A DNA stretch of 64,000 bases from an uncultured Methanoregulaceae archaeon (GCA_963717525.1 OY970343.1:2208001-2272000), one strand, 5' to 3'; positions 34,191 through 48,238 are shown, numbered from the stretch's first letter. Made by a program: numbers and translations. The notes: generated by a model not told the origin, from the sequence alone.

Positions 34191-34370
34191 GGGAGGGGGT
34201 CGGGCGGTGTACTTTTATCAGGACATGTGCCAGCCGGAATGCAGTATACTCTGTCGCCAGTTCCGTATTTTTCCGGCGTAAGAATTTCGACAATACGCGA
34301 TCTGTTTCCTGCCCCGGATCCGGTCGATACCGGGCAACAGAAACTCAAAAAAGTGGCCCGACCCCCTCCC
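34191..34370. repeat. Perfect 15-bp inverted repeat enclosing ~150 bp
   Basis: GGGAGGGGGTCGGGC at 34191-34205 and GCCCGACCCCCTCCC at 34356-34370. Confidence 0.8.
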
Positions 34371-34582
34371 CACCTTTTCAGGTTCTGATCAACAGAATCT
34401 CTGTTTTATGACGTAAATTACCAGATATTTTCCAAGAATATTCAAAAAATGACGGAAGGGATCGGACGGTGTACTTTGTATCCGGGCCGCTTTGCTCTGG
34501 TGCACAGGAGGATCCTGCACCTGGGGCTGCTCTCCCGGAAAATCTCGTTATTATTATAAAGTCACGCCGATCAAGATAGAAC

Positions 34583-35392
34583 ATGGATTACGGAGCCATC
34601 GTTTCAGATTCAATAGGGTATACCCGGGCAGCGCTGGTAGGAAGGTGGGTCACGTGGCTCATCTTTATCCTCTGCAGCCTGCCGTTTGCCCTCATCCAGT
34701 TCGTGGTCGATTCAAAGAAGATCACGGCCGTCATGATCGGGGGGACAATCAACTGGGAGGTCTTCCCGTGGCCCCAGCTTATCGTGCTCTGCCTTGCAGG
34801 AATACTCCTCATGTTTGTGGTCTCCGGGTACCTGGTCCGGGTCTATCGCAGGACAACACCGCCCCCCGTTTTCGATTCATGGGGCACCCTTTTCCTTGAC
34901 GGGATCAAACTCGTCGTCGTCGGTATCCTCTGGTTTGTTCCGGCCATGATCGTCGTTGCCGCCGCGCTCGCTCTTACCTTCTTCGGCACCCATACCGGAG
35001 GTGCGCCCGTGGGTCCGATGCTAGGCGCCGGGATCCTTCTTTTCCTTATCGGCCTCATCCTGCTGGTGATCGCCATCCTCTACGGCATTCTTGGCAGCGT
35101 GCGCTTCGCCCGCACCGGCAGCATCAGGGAAGGGATCCGATTCTCCGCCATCACCGAGACCATCCAGGCGATTGGCTGGGGTACGTACATCCTCGCGCTG
35201 GTAATCCTCGTGGTGCTAGCCCTGCTCTTCAGCGTCGTTATCTCGTTGCTTGCCCTGATCCCGCTCGTGGGATGGGTTATCCAGCTCATCCTCAACCCGT
35301 TCATCTCGATCTTCTCCGCCCGGTTCATGAGCCGGGTCTATGACCACAGCATCCTGCAGGCGCCGGTTCCCGCACTGGCCCCCACCGGGTAA
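34583..35392 (+). CDS. DUF4013-family membrane protein
   Basis: GYLVRVYR, FDSWGTLFLDGIK and RFARTGSIREG; multiple TM helices. Confidence 0.8.
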   Translation: MDYGAIVSDSIGYTRAALVGRWVTWLIFILCSLPFALIQFVVDSKKITAVMIGGTINWEVFPWPQLIVLCLAGILLMFVVSGYLVRVYRRTTPPPVFDSWGTLFLDGIKLVVVGILWFVPAMIVVAAALALTFFGTHTGGAPVGPMLGAGILLFLIGLILLVIAILYGILGSVRFARTGSIREGIRFSAITETIQAIGWGTYILALVILVVLALLFSVVISLLALIPLVGWVIQLILNPFISIFSARFMSRVYDHSILQAPVPALAPTG

Positions 35393-35789
35393 TTTTTCTG
35401 ATCGGGAGGGGTGGTTCGGACAGACCAACCCCCCTCTTGTATGTTTACATCCGCATATTTTCTGTTGAACCGGCTGCCGCTTTCCCTCAGGGCGCAGGGT
35501 CGGGAATGTGGAAGGGGATCTCCTGCGCGACTCGTCCCGGACGGTATGCATGTGGGATCCCGTTTCCTCTCGAATAAGCGGAATTTCAGGTCATTTTATC
35601 AAAATATCGCGAATCTGCCGGCCGATCCGGGAATGCCTGTCCGGTGGCAGACCGCACGGTCCTGATCGTGTGCCGGAAACAAGAGGATTGAGCCCGGAAT
35701 CCGGTTCTTGGCGACGGGGAAAATTATCTGCCCGGTACATACTTGTCCGGGCACAGGATCAGGGATGGGTAAACAAGATGGTTCGAGAG

Positions 35790-36160
35790 GAATCTTTAAA
35801 TGGTAATCTGTGGAATAATGTGATCCACAATTCTGATGAAGACCCGACGAAAACCGCCCCTGTGCGGGTATCGGGTCCGAAGGGAAAGGGAGCAGGCAAC
35901 AAGGTATAAATAATCCTGTAACCTACATTAAAAGCCCGTGTTTAGATCAAAAACACGACGAAAAACGTGTGATGAAGAACCAACAAAGCCGGCTTCAGTC
36001 CGGGTTTGGTTCCGAATGCAGACAATGCAAGTGACAAGATATAAATAGTCTTGTGACTAACATTATGAGCCCGTGTTCAAGTGAACCAACACGACGAACA
36101 CACGCAAAATTCTTTGATGGAGATCCAACAATACCCGGCGTGACCGGAGTTGGTTCTGAC
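35790..36160 (+). promoter_or_regulatory. Tandem rRNA-operon promoters within repeated leader units
   Basis: TTTAAA at 35795 and TATAAATA at 35905 and 36040; the latter two units share flanking sequence with a 135-bp period. Confidence 0.75.
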
Positions 36161-36253
36161 GTTGATACTGGCAATGCGGAAATTTGTTTAGTAACCGCTA
36201 ATTCCTCGAAATTAAGGTTCAGATATTAGTGTGCGTACGTATGTACAATTTGA

Positions 36254-37721
<1,468 letters not shown>

Positions 37722-37789
37722 AACGAATTTTATTTCGGGTTAAAGCGGTTACTGGACAAACTGTAAAATTGCCGGTGTCGACAAGAGAA

Positions 37790-37843
37790 GGCTCAGGTGT
37801 CTGGAAGGGGGCACACAATCTGGGTTCGAATCCCAGGGAGCTG
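37790..37843 (+). ncRNA. tRNA-like element lacking an anticodon arm (possible tRNA-Ala relic)
   Basis: Perfect T arm CTGGG-TTCGAAT-CCCAG, hairpin GTGTC/GGCAC, short acceptor-like pairing GGCTC/GAGCT. Confidence 0.6.
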
Positions 37844-37966
37844 TTTAGATGCACCTCGAGATGCGAATCACGAGGGAAGGGCTGAAAGTCAAACCAATGA
37901 CTTTGCGAGGCCGTGTAAAGGTTTGCACTCAGGACGTTAAATGGGTTTAGCGGAGCATTAGTTTAA

Positions 37967-40865
<2,899 letters not shown>

Positions 40866-40963
40866 ATCACTAGTGCTCACCACGCTAAACCCAGACGAAA
40901 TTCTGAGTGCAAACCTTATATCCGATCCAGTCGGTACTGGATAGGGTATCATCCAACACGGTC

Positions 40964-41035
40964 GCCAAGGTGGCGGAGCGGCCACGCGGTTGACTGCAGA
41001 TCAACTACACTCCGGTTCAAATCCGGACCTTGGCT
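40964..41035 (+). tRNA. tRNA-Cys (GCA)
   Basis: Acceptor stem GCCAAGG/CCTTGGC; anticodon arm GTTGA-CTGCAGA-TCAAC. Confidence 0.95.
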
Positions 41036-41124
41036 TGGACCGGTTTCCGGCAACGGAAATCCGGTCTGATGGAGAACGAGCATCTACGTTCTTCGGCTGC
41101 AAACAAAAAAAGCACATCATGTGG

Positions 41125-41247
41125 TGATAGCGGCCATAGCTGTCGGGAAACACCTGGTCTCATTCCGAACCCAGCAGTTAAGCTGACACACGTAGTATGC
41201 TGTACCGAGGTACGCGAGTCCCCGGGAACCATACCAAGCTGCTATCA
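41125..41247 (+). rRNA. rrf: 5S rRNA
   Basis: Terminal helix TGATAGCGGC/GCTGCTATCA; CATTCCGAACCCAGCAGTTAAG. Confidence 0.95.
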
Positions 41248-41414
41248 CCTTTCCTTCTTACACGGTAATTCTGTTCTTGTAATGTTTACTCCAAAGAGCG
41301 AATGCTCTCGTTGTTTCATCGTATCGGTTTACCGGATACCGGCAGGTTCACGACCTCGTATGACACGTATTGTATTCTAACAGGTTTTTCTTGAGTGTTT
41401 CCCTGTCCCCTTTG

Positions 41415-42071
41415 CTATCCTGTGGTATTGCCCCGTATTTTTCCCTGCACTGGTGGCATATTCTCCTCGGTCTGTTTCGCCGGGCAGAAATTGCAGATGG
41501 AGAAGAAGACCTCTTTCTCCCGGTCCCGGATCAGGCAGTAATAGGTCCCGTTCCGGTCCTCAACCGAAAAGCCCCCCGGGAACGGCATACCGACGGGATG
41601 GCCCGGCTGCCCGAGAACAAACATCGTGAATGCAGCCATGAGATAATAGAAGAGCCGGTGTTTCGGGGTGTAGTGAAACGGTGTCCGCTCTGCCTGTTCG
41701 TCCCAGGTAAAGCACCCCTCGGGGATCATCGCGCAGAACTTATCGAAGGTTTCGCGGTCCCGGATCGGATCATGCTCCTTCCGGAACGCGCCGGAGCGGA
41801 ACATCAGGAGGAGACGGTGGTGCGCACCGAAGATCTGATCCTGGAAGAACGGGCGGACCCGGCGCCGGTAGGGTTCGGGCAGGGCGTCCACCTCAAGGAA
41901 GAGACGGCCGCCGATCACCTGGAGATCGGCAAGTGAATACATGCCCGCTTCCCGGGCGACAATTTCAGCCAGTTCTCCTTTTGTTCTCGCTGTTGCAAGC
42001 CGGCATGCTGTAGCTGCGATCTCCGCTTTTTCTTCGGGTGAGATGATCTCGCTGGCCGTCATTGCATTCAT
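41415..42071 (-). CDS. DUF2115 (UPF0305) family protein
   Basis: HPVGMPFPGG, YYC and CNFCPAKQ. Confidence 0.8.
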   Translation of the reverse strand: MNAMTASEIISPEEKAEIAATACRLATARTKGELAEIVAREAGMYSLADLQVIGGRLFLEVDALPEPYRRRVRPFFQDQIFGAHHRLLLMFRSGAFRKEHDPIRDRETFDKFCAMIPEGCFTWDEQAERTPFHYTPKHRLFYYLMAAFTMFVLGQPGHPVGMPFPGGFSVEDRNGTYYCLIRDREKEVFFSICNFCPAKQTEENMPPVQGKIRGNTTG

Positions 42072-42220
42072 GTTCCGGGCTGGTGTAACTGTGGTACCGT
42101 GGGAGCCGGCACCATATTATCCTGCCCGATCCGGTGCATCGCACCCCTTTTAAGGTTCATCCTCCAGCCCATCACCCACCGACATCTTAACCATTGACAG
42201 AGGCAAACAGCTGAACAGGT

Positions 42221-42901
42221 ATGTCCTTTCCCGGAAGATCCCCTTCGTATCGCATGGTGGTTGCAATCCTGTTCCTCACCTCCCTGGTCCTCCTTACTGG
42301 AGCCCCGGCTGCCGCGACGCAGGTGCTGACAAACGTGTCCTTCTCACCCGTCCTCCCGCTTGCCCCCGGCAGCGTGCAGTACACGACAAGTTCCATCACG
42401 ATCATTCCTTCGGGTGCCACCACATTCTCACGGTACCACTCACTCCAGATGCAGACCGGACTTCTGGATGCCCAATGGGATATACAGGTGATAGTGAACG
42501 GCATTCCCGCTGCACAGCAGCCCGCATCCGGGGCCACCGCGTTTGTGAACGGCTACCTCCTCTCCTACCCGACCACGAGCGATCTCGCGTTTACCGTGGC
42601 TATCAACGGGACGGTGCCTGCCAGTGCCGGGACAACCGTGACTGTTTTGCAGGTGACCGAGCTCGATAATGGCGGCGCACCCGTCCCCGGAAGCAGCATT
42701 ACGGTCACTGCGCCGCTTCACTCCGCACCACCGGGTACACCCGGCAACCCATCGGTCACGGCCACTCCCCTTTCCTCACCTGAGCCGGTCTCTTCATCGC
42801 AGGAGGCGCACATGCCCGGGTTTTCTGCCGGGGTCGGAATAGGCGGGGCTGTTTTGGGAGCTCTTGCCTGGGTATCGGTACAGCAGCAGCGCCACACATG
42901 A
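42221..42901 (+). CDS. Secreted surface protein with a PGF-CTERM sorting signal
   Basis: Signal peptide, Thr/Ser/Pro-rich linker, C-terminal MPGF followed by a TM helix. Confidence 0.75.
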   Translation: MSFPGRSPSYRMVVAILFLTSLVLLTGAPAAATQVLTNVSFSPVLPLAPGSVQYTTSSITIIPSGATTFSRYHSLQMQTGLLDAQWDIQVIVNGIPAAQQPASGATAFVNGYLLSYPTTSDLAFTVAINGTVPASAGTTVTVLQVTELDNGGAPVPGSSITVTAPLHSAPPGTPGNPSVTATPLSSPEPVSSSQEAHMPGFSAGVGIGGAVLGALAWVSVQQQRHT

Positions 42902-42992
42902 CCGGCGGGTCGTACCGGGCACCTGATGAATGCCCCCTGTCGCTAATGGGAAGAACAACAGCTATACAAATCCCCGCACCTCACCTTGTTGC

Positions 42993-43448
42993 ATGGACAA
43001 TACCGAGGCCGCCCGGAACGCGCTTCGCGGTACGACCCTTTCGGAGAAACTGGCGTCGATCGGCATCGAGCACGGTAGGATGATCGAGATCCGCAATCTT
43101 GACGCGGTCGGCCGCGATTATGGGATTGCCGTCTTCCTTTTTTTTGAAAAGGAGCTGGCTACCACCCGCACGCTCGCGCAGGTAGAGGATGAATTCAGGC
43201 AGGTTCCCGAGTACGAACGCCCCTATGTGAGGGTCGACCGTTTTCTCCGGTTCACGCAGGAGAACGATCCCTCCTTTTCCCGCACGCTGGACGAATTCCC
43301 TCTTATGGTCGAGATCGTGGGAGTCGGTGAACTGCACGATCCCGCAACCGGCCGGACCATACCGGTCATCACCGGCATGATGCCGTTCCTGGACGAGTTC
43401 GATGTGGATATCGATCCAGTTGCACGGTCAGAGGAGCACCACCGGTAA
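42993..43448 (+). CDS. Hypothetical protein
   Basis: Fills the gap on the + strand, plausible composition; ATG at 42993. Confidence 0.65.
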   Translation: MDNTEAARNALRGTTLSEKLASIGIEHGRMIEIRNLDAVGRDYGIAVFLFFEKELATTRTLAQVEDEFRQVPEYERPYVRVDRFLRFTQENDPSFSRTLDEFPLMVEIVGVGELHDPATGRTIPVITGMMPFLDEFDVDIDPVARSEEHHR

Positions 43449-43512
43449 TTCTCCCTTTCGTCAGCGGAGACCCGGCATTACTTTCCGTTCGTTGTGATGG
43501 GGGATTGTATCC

Positions 43513-43872
43513 ATGGCAAAGAAATTCCGCCGGTTCCTCTGGCAGTTCGTTATCGGGTTTGGTTTTCTCTCAGGCCTCTGGACTGCCATCGGTATCAACC
43601 CGGAAAATGTTATCATCACTGCCCTTGGCTCTGTGGTCACGACACAGGTTTCGGATCCTGTGATCCGGGCTTTTATTGTGTTGCTGCCCACCCTGATCCT
43701 GATAGTATCGGTGATCGGCGCGTACCGGCACGGGAAGATTCCCGGCCTCATCGCCGTGCTGGTCGCCTACGTGGCGGGCCTGGTGATCCTATCGGCAGTT
43801 CTCGTAGGTCTCGCAGTACTCTGTGTGGCAGTCATCATTGGGTATTATTCAACCGGATCCCGCAGAAAATGA
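43513..43872 (+). CDS. Hypothetical membrane protein
   Basis: Three to four hydrophobic segments. Confidence 0.7.
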   Translation: MAKKFRRFLWQFVIGFGFLSGLWTAIGINPENVIITALGSVVTTQVSDPVIRAFIVLLPTLILIVSVIGAYRHGKIPGLIAVLVAYVAGLVILSAVLVGLAVLCVAVIIGYYSTGSRRK

Positions 43873-43930
43873 CGCGGACTCCCGGTGCATCTCATCACTA
43901 TAAATTCCGGCACGACAAAAATAACCGGTC

Positions 43931-44674
43931 ATGAGCCTGTTTCCCAAAAAACACCTTATCTGGTGTTTCGATACGATAGCGCCGAGCAAATACCTGCTGA
44001 AATTCAGGAAACTGGCCGTTTTTGAGCCCTTTATGGGATACGATATTGCGCACCGGGGACGACTTTCACATTATGGCTGCGCCGAACGCAAGCAGTTTGC
44101 ATCGGACCTGAAAAAGATCCGGTCCGATACCGATCTCCTCCTTGAAGACATCGAGGCATACCAGATCTACATGGCTGCAAAGATCACCGGGAAGGTACCC
44201 GGGGATATTGCGGAAGTTGGTGTCTACAAGGGTGGTTCGGCCAAGATCATCTGTTCAGCCAAGGGCGACCGGCACCTTCATCTCTTCGATACCTTTGCCG
44301 GCCTTCCCCGGGTGGACGACGTGGATACGGTCTGGCCGTTTTATGAGGGGAAATTTGCTGCGTCCTATGATGATGTGAAGACCTACCTGGCACAGGAGAA
44401 GAACGTCTTTTTGTACAAGGGTCTCTTCCCCGACACCTCGGCCCCGGTGAAGGATAAGCGGTTCTCGTTTGTCAATCTTGATGTGGATACCTACGAGAGC
44501 ACGAAGAAGTGCCTCGAATTCTTCTACCCCCGGATGAACGCCGGGGGTGTTATCGTCTCCCACGACTATCTCACGGTACCGGGGGTCAGGAAAGCCGTGG
44601 ACGAGTACTTCGCCGGAAAGCCCGAGCCCGTAGTCGAGACCGCGGCCTCACAGTGCATTGTTGTGAAAGTGTAA
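43931..44674 (+). CDS. TylF/MycF/NovP-family O-methyltransferase
   Basis: GDIAEVGVYKGGS, LFDTFAGLP, LDVDTYEST and GGVIVSHDY. Confidence 0.88.
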   Translation: MSLFPKKHLIWCFDTIAPSKYLLKFRKLAVFEPFMGYDIAHRGRLSHYGCAERKQFASDLKKIRSDTDLLLEDIEAYQIYMAAKITGKVPGDIAEVGVYKGGSAKIICSAKGDRHLHLFDTFAGLPRVDDVDTVWPFYEGKFAASYDDVKTYLAQEKNVFLYKGLFPDTSAPVKDKRFSFVNLDVDTYESTKKCLEFFYPRMNAGGVIVSHDYLTVPGVRKAVDEYFAGKPEPVVETAASQCIVVKV

Positions 44675-44762
44675 CGGTAATAGCACCATTCTTTTTTGGA
44701 TGACCCGGATCGAAACCTGACTCCGGGAACATCGTGTTTTGAAAAACAGCCAAATAAAAAAA

Positions 44763-44942
44763 TTATTCCTTGAATATAAGGATCCCGAAGATGATGAGCA
44801 TCAGGCCGGCAAGGAGAACCACGATGCCGATCAGGCCTTTGACAGCCATGATAACGTCGGGCAGGAACATCCCGATGGCATAGACCCCGAGCACAAACAG
44901 TACAATACCAACAACCAGTGCAGCAATTCCTGTCTTATCCAT
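44763..44942 (-). CDS. Small 2-TM membrane protein (59 aa)
   Basis: Not in the ORF track; manual translation MDKTGIAALVVGIVLFVLGVYAIGMFLPDVIMAVKGLIGIVVLLAGLMLIIFGILIFKE*. Confidence 0.7.
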   Translation of the reverse strand: MDKTGIAALVVGIVLFVLGVYAIGMFLPDVIMAVKGLIGIVVLLAGLMLIIFGILIFKE

Positions 44943-45048
44943 AATCTGAAATCTCCGCTATATTTTCTCTGAATTGAATCATATAAGGGTGTTGCCCAAA
45001 GAGGTTACGGGCACAACGGACCTCGTATTCTCATGCATGCCCGGATCT

Positions 45049-45672
45049 TCAGATCCGCACGATCCTGAGTATCTCGACAGCGACCTCCTGCACATCCTTT
45101 GTGTGGAAGGCAAACGACCGTTTGATGGGAAATGTGCCGCTGACCCGGCCGGCAACCTTTCCCCTCCCTGCGATATATGCCTCCACAAAGGGGGTCGAGC
45201 CGGCGTTGAATATGCCATACGTGACCGGGGCGATCGCAAGGGCGCAGTCGATGAACGGCCGGTCGGCGTGCACCTTCTGGGCGCCAAACGGGGGGTTCAT
45301 GACAACCGTGTCGCAGGGACCGATCCGTTCCGCACAGGTTTGGGCAGCATCCGCACCGCCCAGACCGGCCGTGACAAACTCCACGCCGGCACCGAGCAGT
45401 GCGGCATTCTTTTCTGCGGTGCGGATGGCATCCGGGTCGAGATCTATGGCCCGCACCGTCCGGGCGCCAAGCAGGGCTGCCCCGATGGCAAGGATCCCGG
45501 TGCCGCACCCGAGATCCGTGACGGTCTTTCCTGCAATGTCGCCCCTGACAAATGCATCGTAGAGGAGCCGGGCAGCAAGGGGCGCCGGGGTCTGGTACTG
45601 CTCCCACGCAGCCCGCGGCTTCTCAAAGCCGGCGCAGCGCTGCAGTGCCATCTCCAGCTGCCTGAGTTTCAT
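45049..45672 (-). CDS. METTL5-family RNA methyltransferase
   Basis: EQYQTPA, DLGCGTG and MNPPFG. Confidence 0.9.
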   Translation of the reverse strand: MKLRQLEMALQRCAGFEKPRAAWEQYQTPAPLAARLLYDAFVRGDIAGKTVTDLGCGTGILAIGAALLGARTVRAIDLDPDAIRTAEKNAALLGAGVEFVTAGLGGADAAQTCAERIGPCDTVVMNPPFGAQKVHADRPFIDCALAIAPVTYGIFNAGSTPFVEAYIAGRGKVAGRVSGTFPIKRSFAFHTKDVQEVAVEILRIVRI

Positions 45673-46622
45673 ACGATCTCGTCTATCGTGTAGTCGTCCC
45701 AGTTCCGTACGCCGCAGAGGATCTCGAACTCCTGCGGGGAGAGAACGGGCCTTCCGAACCGTACCTGGTCGTCGTAGGCAAGCCGGGGACACGCGGTGTT
45801 CACGTAGCAGTCGAACCCGAGGTTAAGCAGTTCATCCGGCGTCACTTCGCGCATGGTGACGATGACCGCCCCCGGGGAAAGGGCCGCGAGCCGCTCTGCG
45901 AGCGCCCGGCGCTGCTGGCCGCTCTTGGTGCTGAGGATGATACCGATGTGCTGTGCTCCCCGGGCCTTTTCCATGACGGCAGACCGCCGGCGCAGGAGCG
46001 GGTCGGCGTTGACTTCCTGTGCGGTGCCGGTGAGCGGGTCGAGCGCGATCACCCGGGCTTTTGTGGCAAGGGCGATGCCTATAGGGTGAAAAATGCCGGT
46101 GCCGACAAAAAAGATCTCTCCGGCTCCGGTCCGCTTCGCGGCGGCAAAACTGCACCCGAGCACCTGCCCCCGGAGCGGCGTCCGCCCGGCGCCGTCGGCA
46201 ACCCGGACGTCGTGGCAATGGGATGCAAGGAATGATTCCATGGCCGGGACAAGGTGGGCGTGCTGGACGGTGGTGACAAGGCCGACAGTCTTTTCATGGA
46301 GCAGGGGAAGGGCCTGAGCGAGGATCGATACGTCGAAATCAACTGTCCATGGCTCGAAAATGACCTCCCCGCGGTCGTCTACAGGTGCATGCCCGAAATG
46401 CACGAGCACGTCCGCCTTCCCTTCTGTCACCGTATCGAGCGCGAGATCGCAGGCGCCGTAGCAGGGATCGCCGCTGATGATCACGTCGAACCCTGCGGTT
46501 TTCAGGTCGGAGGAGACAGATCCGGCCTGCCGTTTGAGTCCCTCCGGGAACTGGAGGGCAACCTTATGTACCCCCCGCTTTTTGAGTTTTTTGATCAGGT
46601 CAGATGTACCGCTCAACCACAT
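45669..46622 (-). CDS. dph2: Diphthamide biosynthesis protein Dph2
   Basis: [24 protein letters not shown] and TACPR. Confidence 0.93.
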   Translation of the reverse strand: MWLSGTSDLIKKLKKRGVHKVALQFPEGLKRQAGSVSSDLKTAGFDVIISGDPCYGACDLALDTVTEGKADVLVHFGHAPVDDRGEVIFEPWTVDFDVSILAQALPLLHEKTVGLVTTVQHAHLVPAMESFLASHCHDVRVADGAGRTPLRGQVLGCSFAAAKRTGAGEIFFVGTGIFHPIGIALATKARVIALDPLTGTAQEVNADPLLRRRSAVMEKARGAQHIGIILSTKSGQQRRALAERLAALSPGAVIVTMREVTPDELLNLGFDCYVNTACPRLAYDDQVRFGRPVLSPQEFEILCGVRNWDDYTIDEIV

Positions 46623-47148
46623 GCACCCGGTCGGTGACATTGATCTTCACGAGCGACTTGTACGGCCGCCCGATATCGGGATCGCCGCGCTGGATTACGA
46701 TGCAGACGTCCTTAACCTCGGCGCCGGCAATCTCAAGAGCAGAAAGCAACGCCCGCATCGTGCCGCCCGTGCTCACCACGTCATCGATGATCACGACCCG
46801 GTCACCTTTGTACACACCGTTCAGGTACAGTTCCCCCTTCGAGTAGCCGGTCTTCTGGTGGACCGGCACTTCAGAGGGCAGCTTGTACTCCCGCTTCCGC
46901 ATGACCGTCATGGGGATATCGGTCATCACCGAGAGCACCGCACCGATGTGGATGCCCATCGCCTCAACGACCACGATCTTATCGACATCGTTTAAGTCAA
47001 GCACCTTGATCATCGCGCTGCACACGTCGCGGAGAAGAGCGGGTTCCACGATCGGGACGCCGTCGGCGATCGGGTGGATGAAATAGTTGTATTCGCCCCG
47101 TTTCACCATCGGGCAGGTTTCAAGGGATTCTACCAGCCTGTCAAGCAT
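46600..47148 (-). CDS. hpt: Hypoxanthine/guanine phosphoribosyltransferase
   Basis: YNYFIHP, EAMGI and PRPP-binding loop [11 protein letters not shown]. Confidence 0.9.
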   Translation of the reverse strand: MLDRLVESLETCPMVKRGEYNYFIHPIADGVPIVEPALLRDVCSAMIKVLDLNDVDKIVVVEAMGIHIGAVLSVMTDIPMTVMRKREYKLPSEVPVHQKTGYSKGELYLNGVYKGDRVVIIDDVVSTGGTMRALLSALEIAGAEVKDVCIVIQRGDPDIGRPYKSLVKINVTDRVHVVERYI

Positions 47149-48238
47149 GCATATCACCACAATCTTTCAAAAATGCCTCTATACTGTCACGCTGCACGTG
47201 GGGCATGCAGACGATCCGCAGGTGGCCGTTCCGGGTCCACGAGACCCTCCAGGGTGCGGGAGCGCTGCTGCAGACGAAGGTCGCCACGTTGACGTCCGGG
47301 GTGGCGGCCGGCTCGATGCCGAGCGTTCCCATGCCGGCGATAAGGCGCTCTGTATTTTTCATGCAGCCGGCAACGACTGCTTTCATGCCCGAAATGCCCA
47401 TGTAGTCGAGCACTGCAAGGGCTCCAGCCACCGGGGCCCCCGGGCGGGTGCCGGCCAGCGTATACTCCCTTTTCACCGAGAGATACGGCGTGTCGATGTT
47501 GAGCGCATCGAGCATGTCCGGCTCCCGGGTGAGCAGGACGCCGGCCGGGATCGTGCTCATGCCCATCTTGTGCGGGTCGACAGCGATGGTGGTAACGCCG
47601 GGCAGGGCAAAGTCAAAGGGAATGGGGCGTTCAAGGAACGGGATCACCATCCCGCCGAACGCCGCGTCCACGTGCAGGAAGATGTCATGCTCGCACGCGA
47701 TCTTTGATAAGTCTTCGATCGGATCGACCATCCCGTACTCGGTGGTGCCCGCGACACCGACAAGGCAGATGGTGTTCCTGTCGATGAATCCGGCAGCGGT
47801 ATCGGCATGCATCCTCCGGTCCGGGCCGAGAGGCACGTTCCGTATCTCGAGACAGAGGAGGTCGCAGGCTTTCTTGAACGAGAAATGGGCGGACTCGGGA
47901 ACGACCACGTTCGGGCAGGTGCTGGGCCGGAGTTCCTTTGCAAGTCGGAGTGCCTGGATGTTGGACTCTGTACCTCCCGAGGTTGCATAGCCGCCGGCGT
48001 CCTTGTGATGGAACAAGGTGCCGAGGCGTTCGACAAGCAGGCGTTCCAGCGACGCGGTCCCGGGAAAGAGCCCGGGGTCGCCGAGGTTGGTCTCCATGAA
48101 CAGGGAGTGTGCCTTCACTGCGACCGGGTGCGGGAGTGTACACATGGAGCTGAGGATATACCGGTAGTCGATGTCCTCTTTCTTTTGAGAGGATAAAAAA
48201 GAGAAGAGATCGTCTTCGGAAAGACCGTTACTCAGCAT
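47141..48238 (-). CDS. mfnA: L-tyrosine/L-aspartate decarboxylase
   Basis: [32 protein letters not shown] and DPHKMG. Confidence 0.92.
   Translation of the reverse strand: MLSNGLSEDDLFSFLSSQKKEDIDYRYILSSMCTLPHPVAVKAHSLFMETNLGDPGLFPGTASLERLLVERLGTLFHHKDAGGYATSGGTESNIQALRLAKELRPSTCPNVVVPESAHFSFKKACDLLCLEIRNVPLGPDRRMHADTAAGFIDRNTICLVGVAGTTEYGMVDPIEDLSKIACEHDIFLHVDAAFGGMVIPFLERPIPFDFALPGVTTIAVDPHKMGMSTIPAGVLLTREPDMLDALNIDTPYLSVKREYTLAGTRPGAPVAGALAVLDYMGISGMKAVVAGCMKNTERLIAGMGTLGIEPAATPDVNVATFVCSSAPAPWRVSWTRNGHLRIVCMPHVQRDSIEAFLKDCGDMHA

Noticed and set aside
35790..36160. Leader repeats as a CRISPR array
   Set aside because: Units are ~110-135 bp, diverged and contain TATA boxes; there are no identical short repeats with unique spacers and no cas genes
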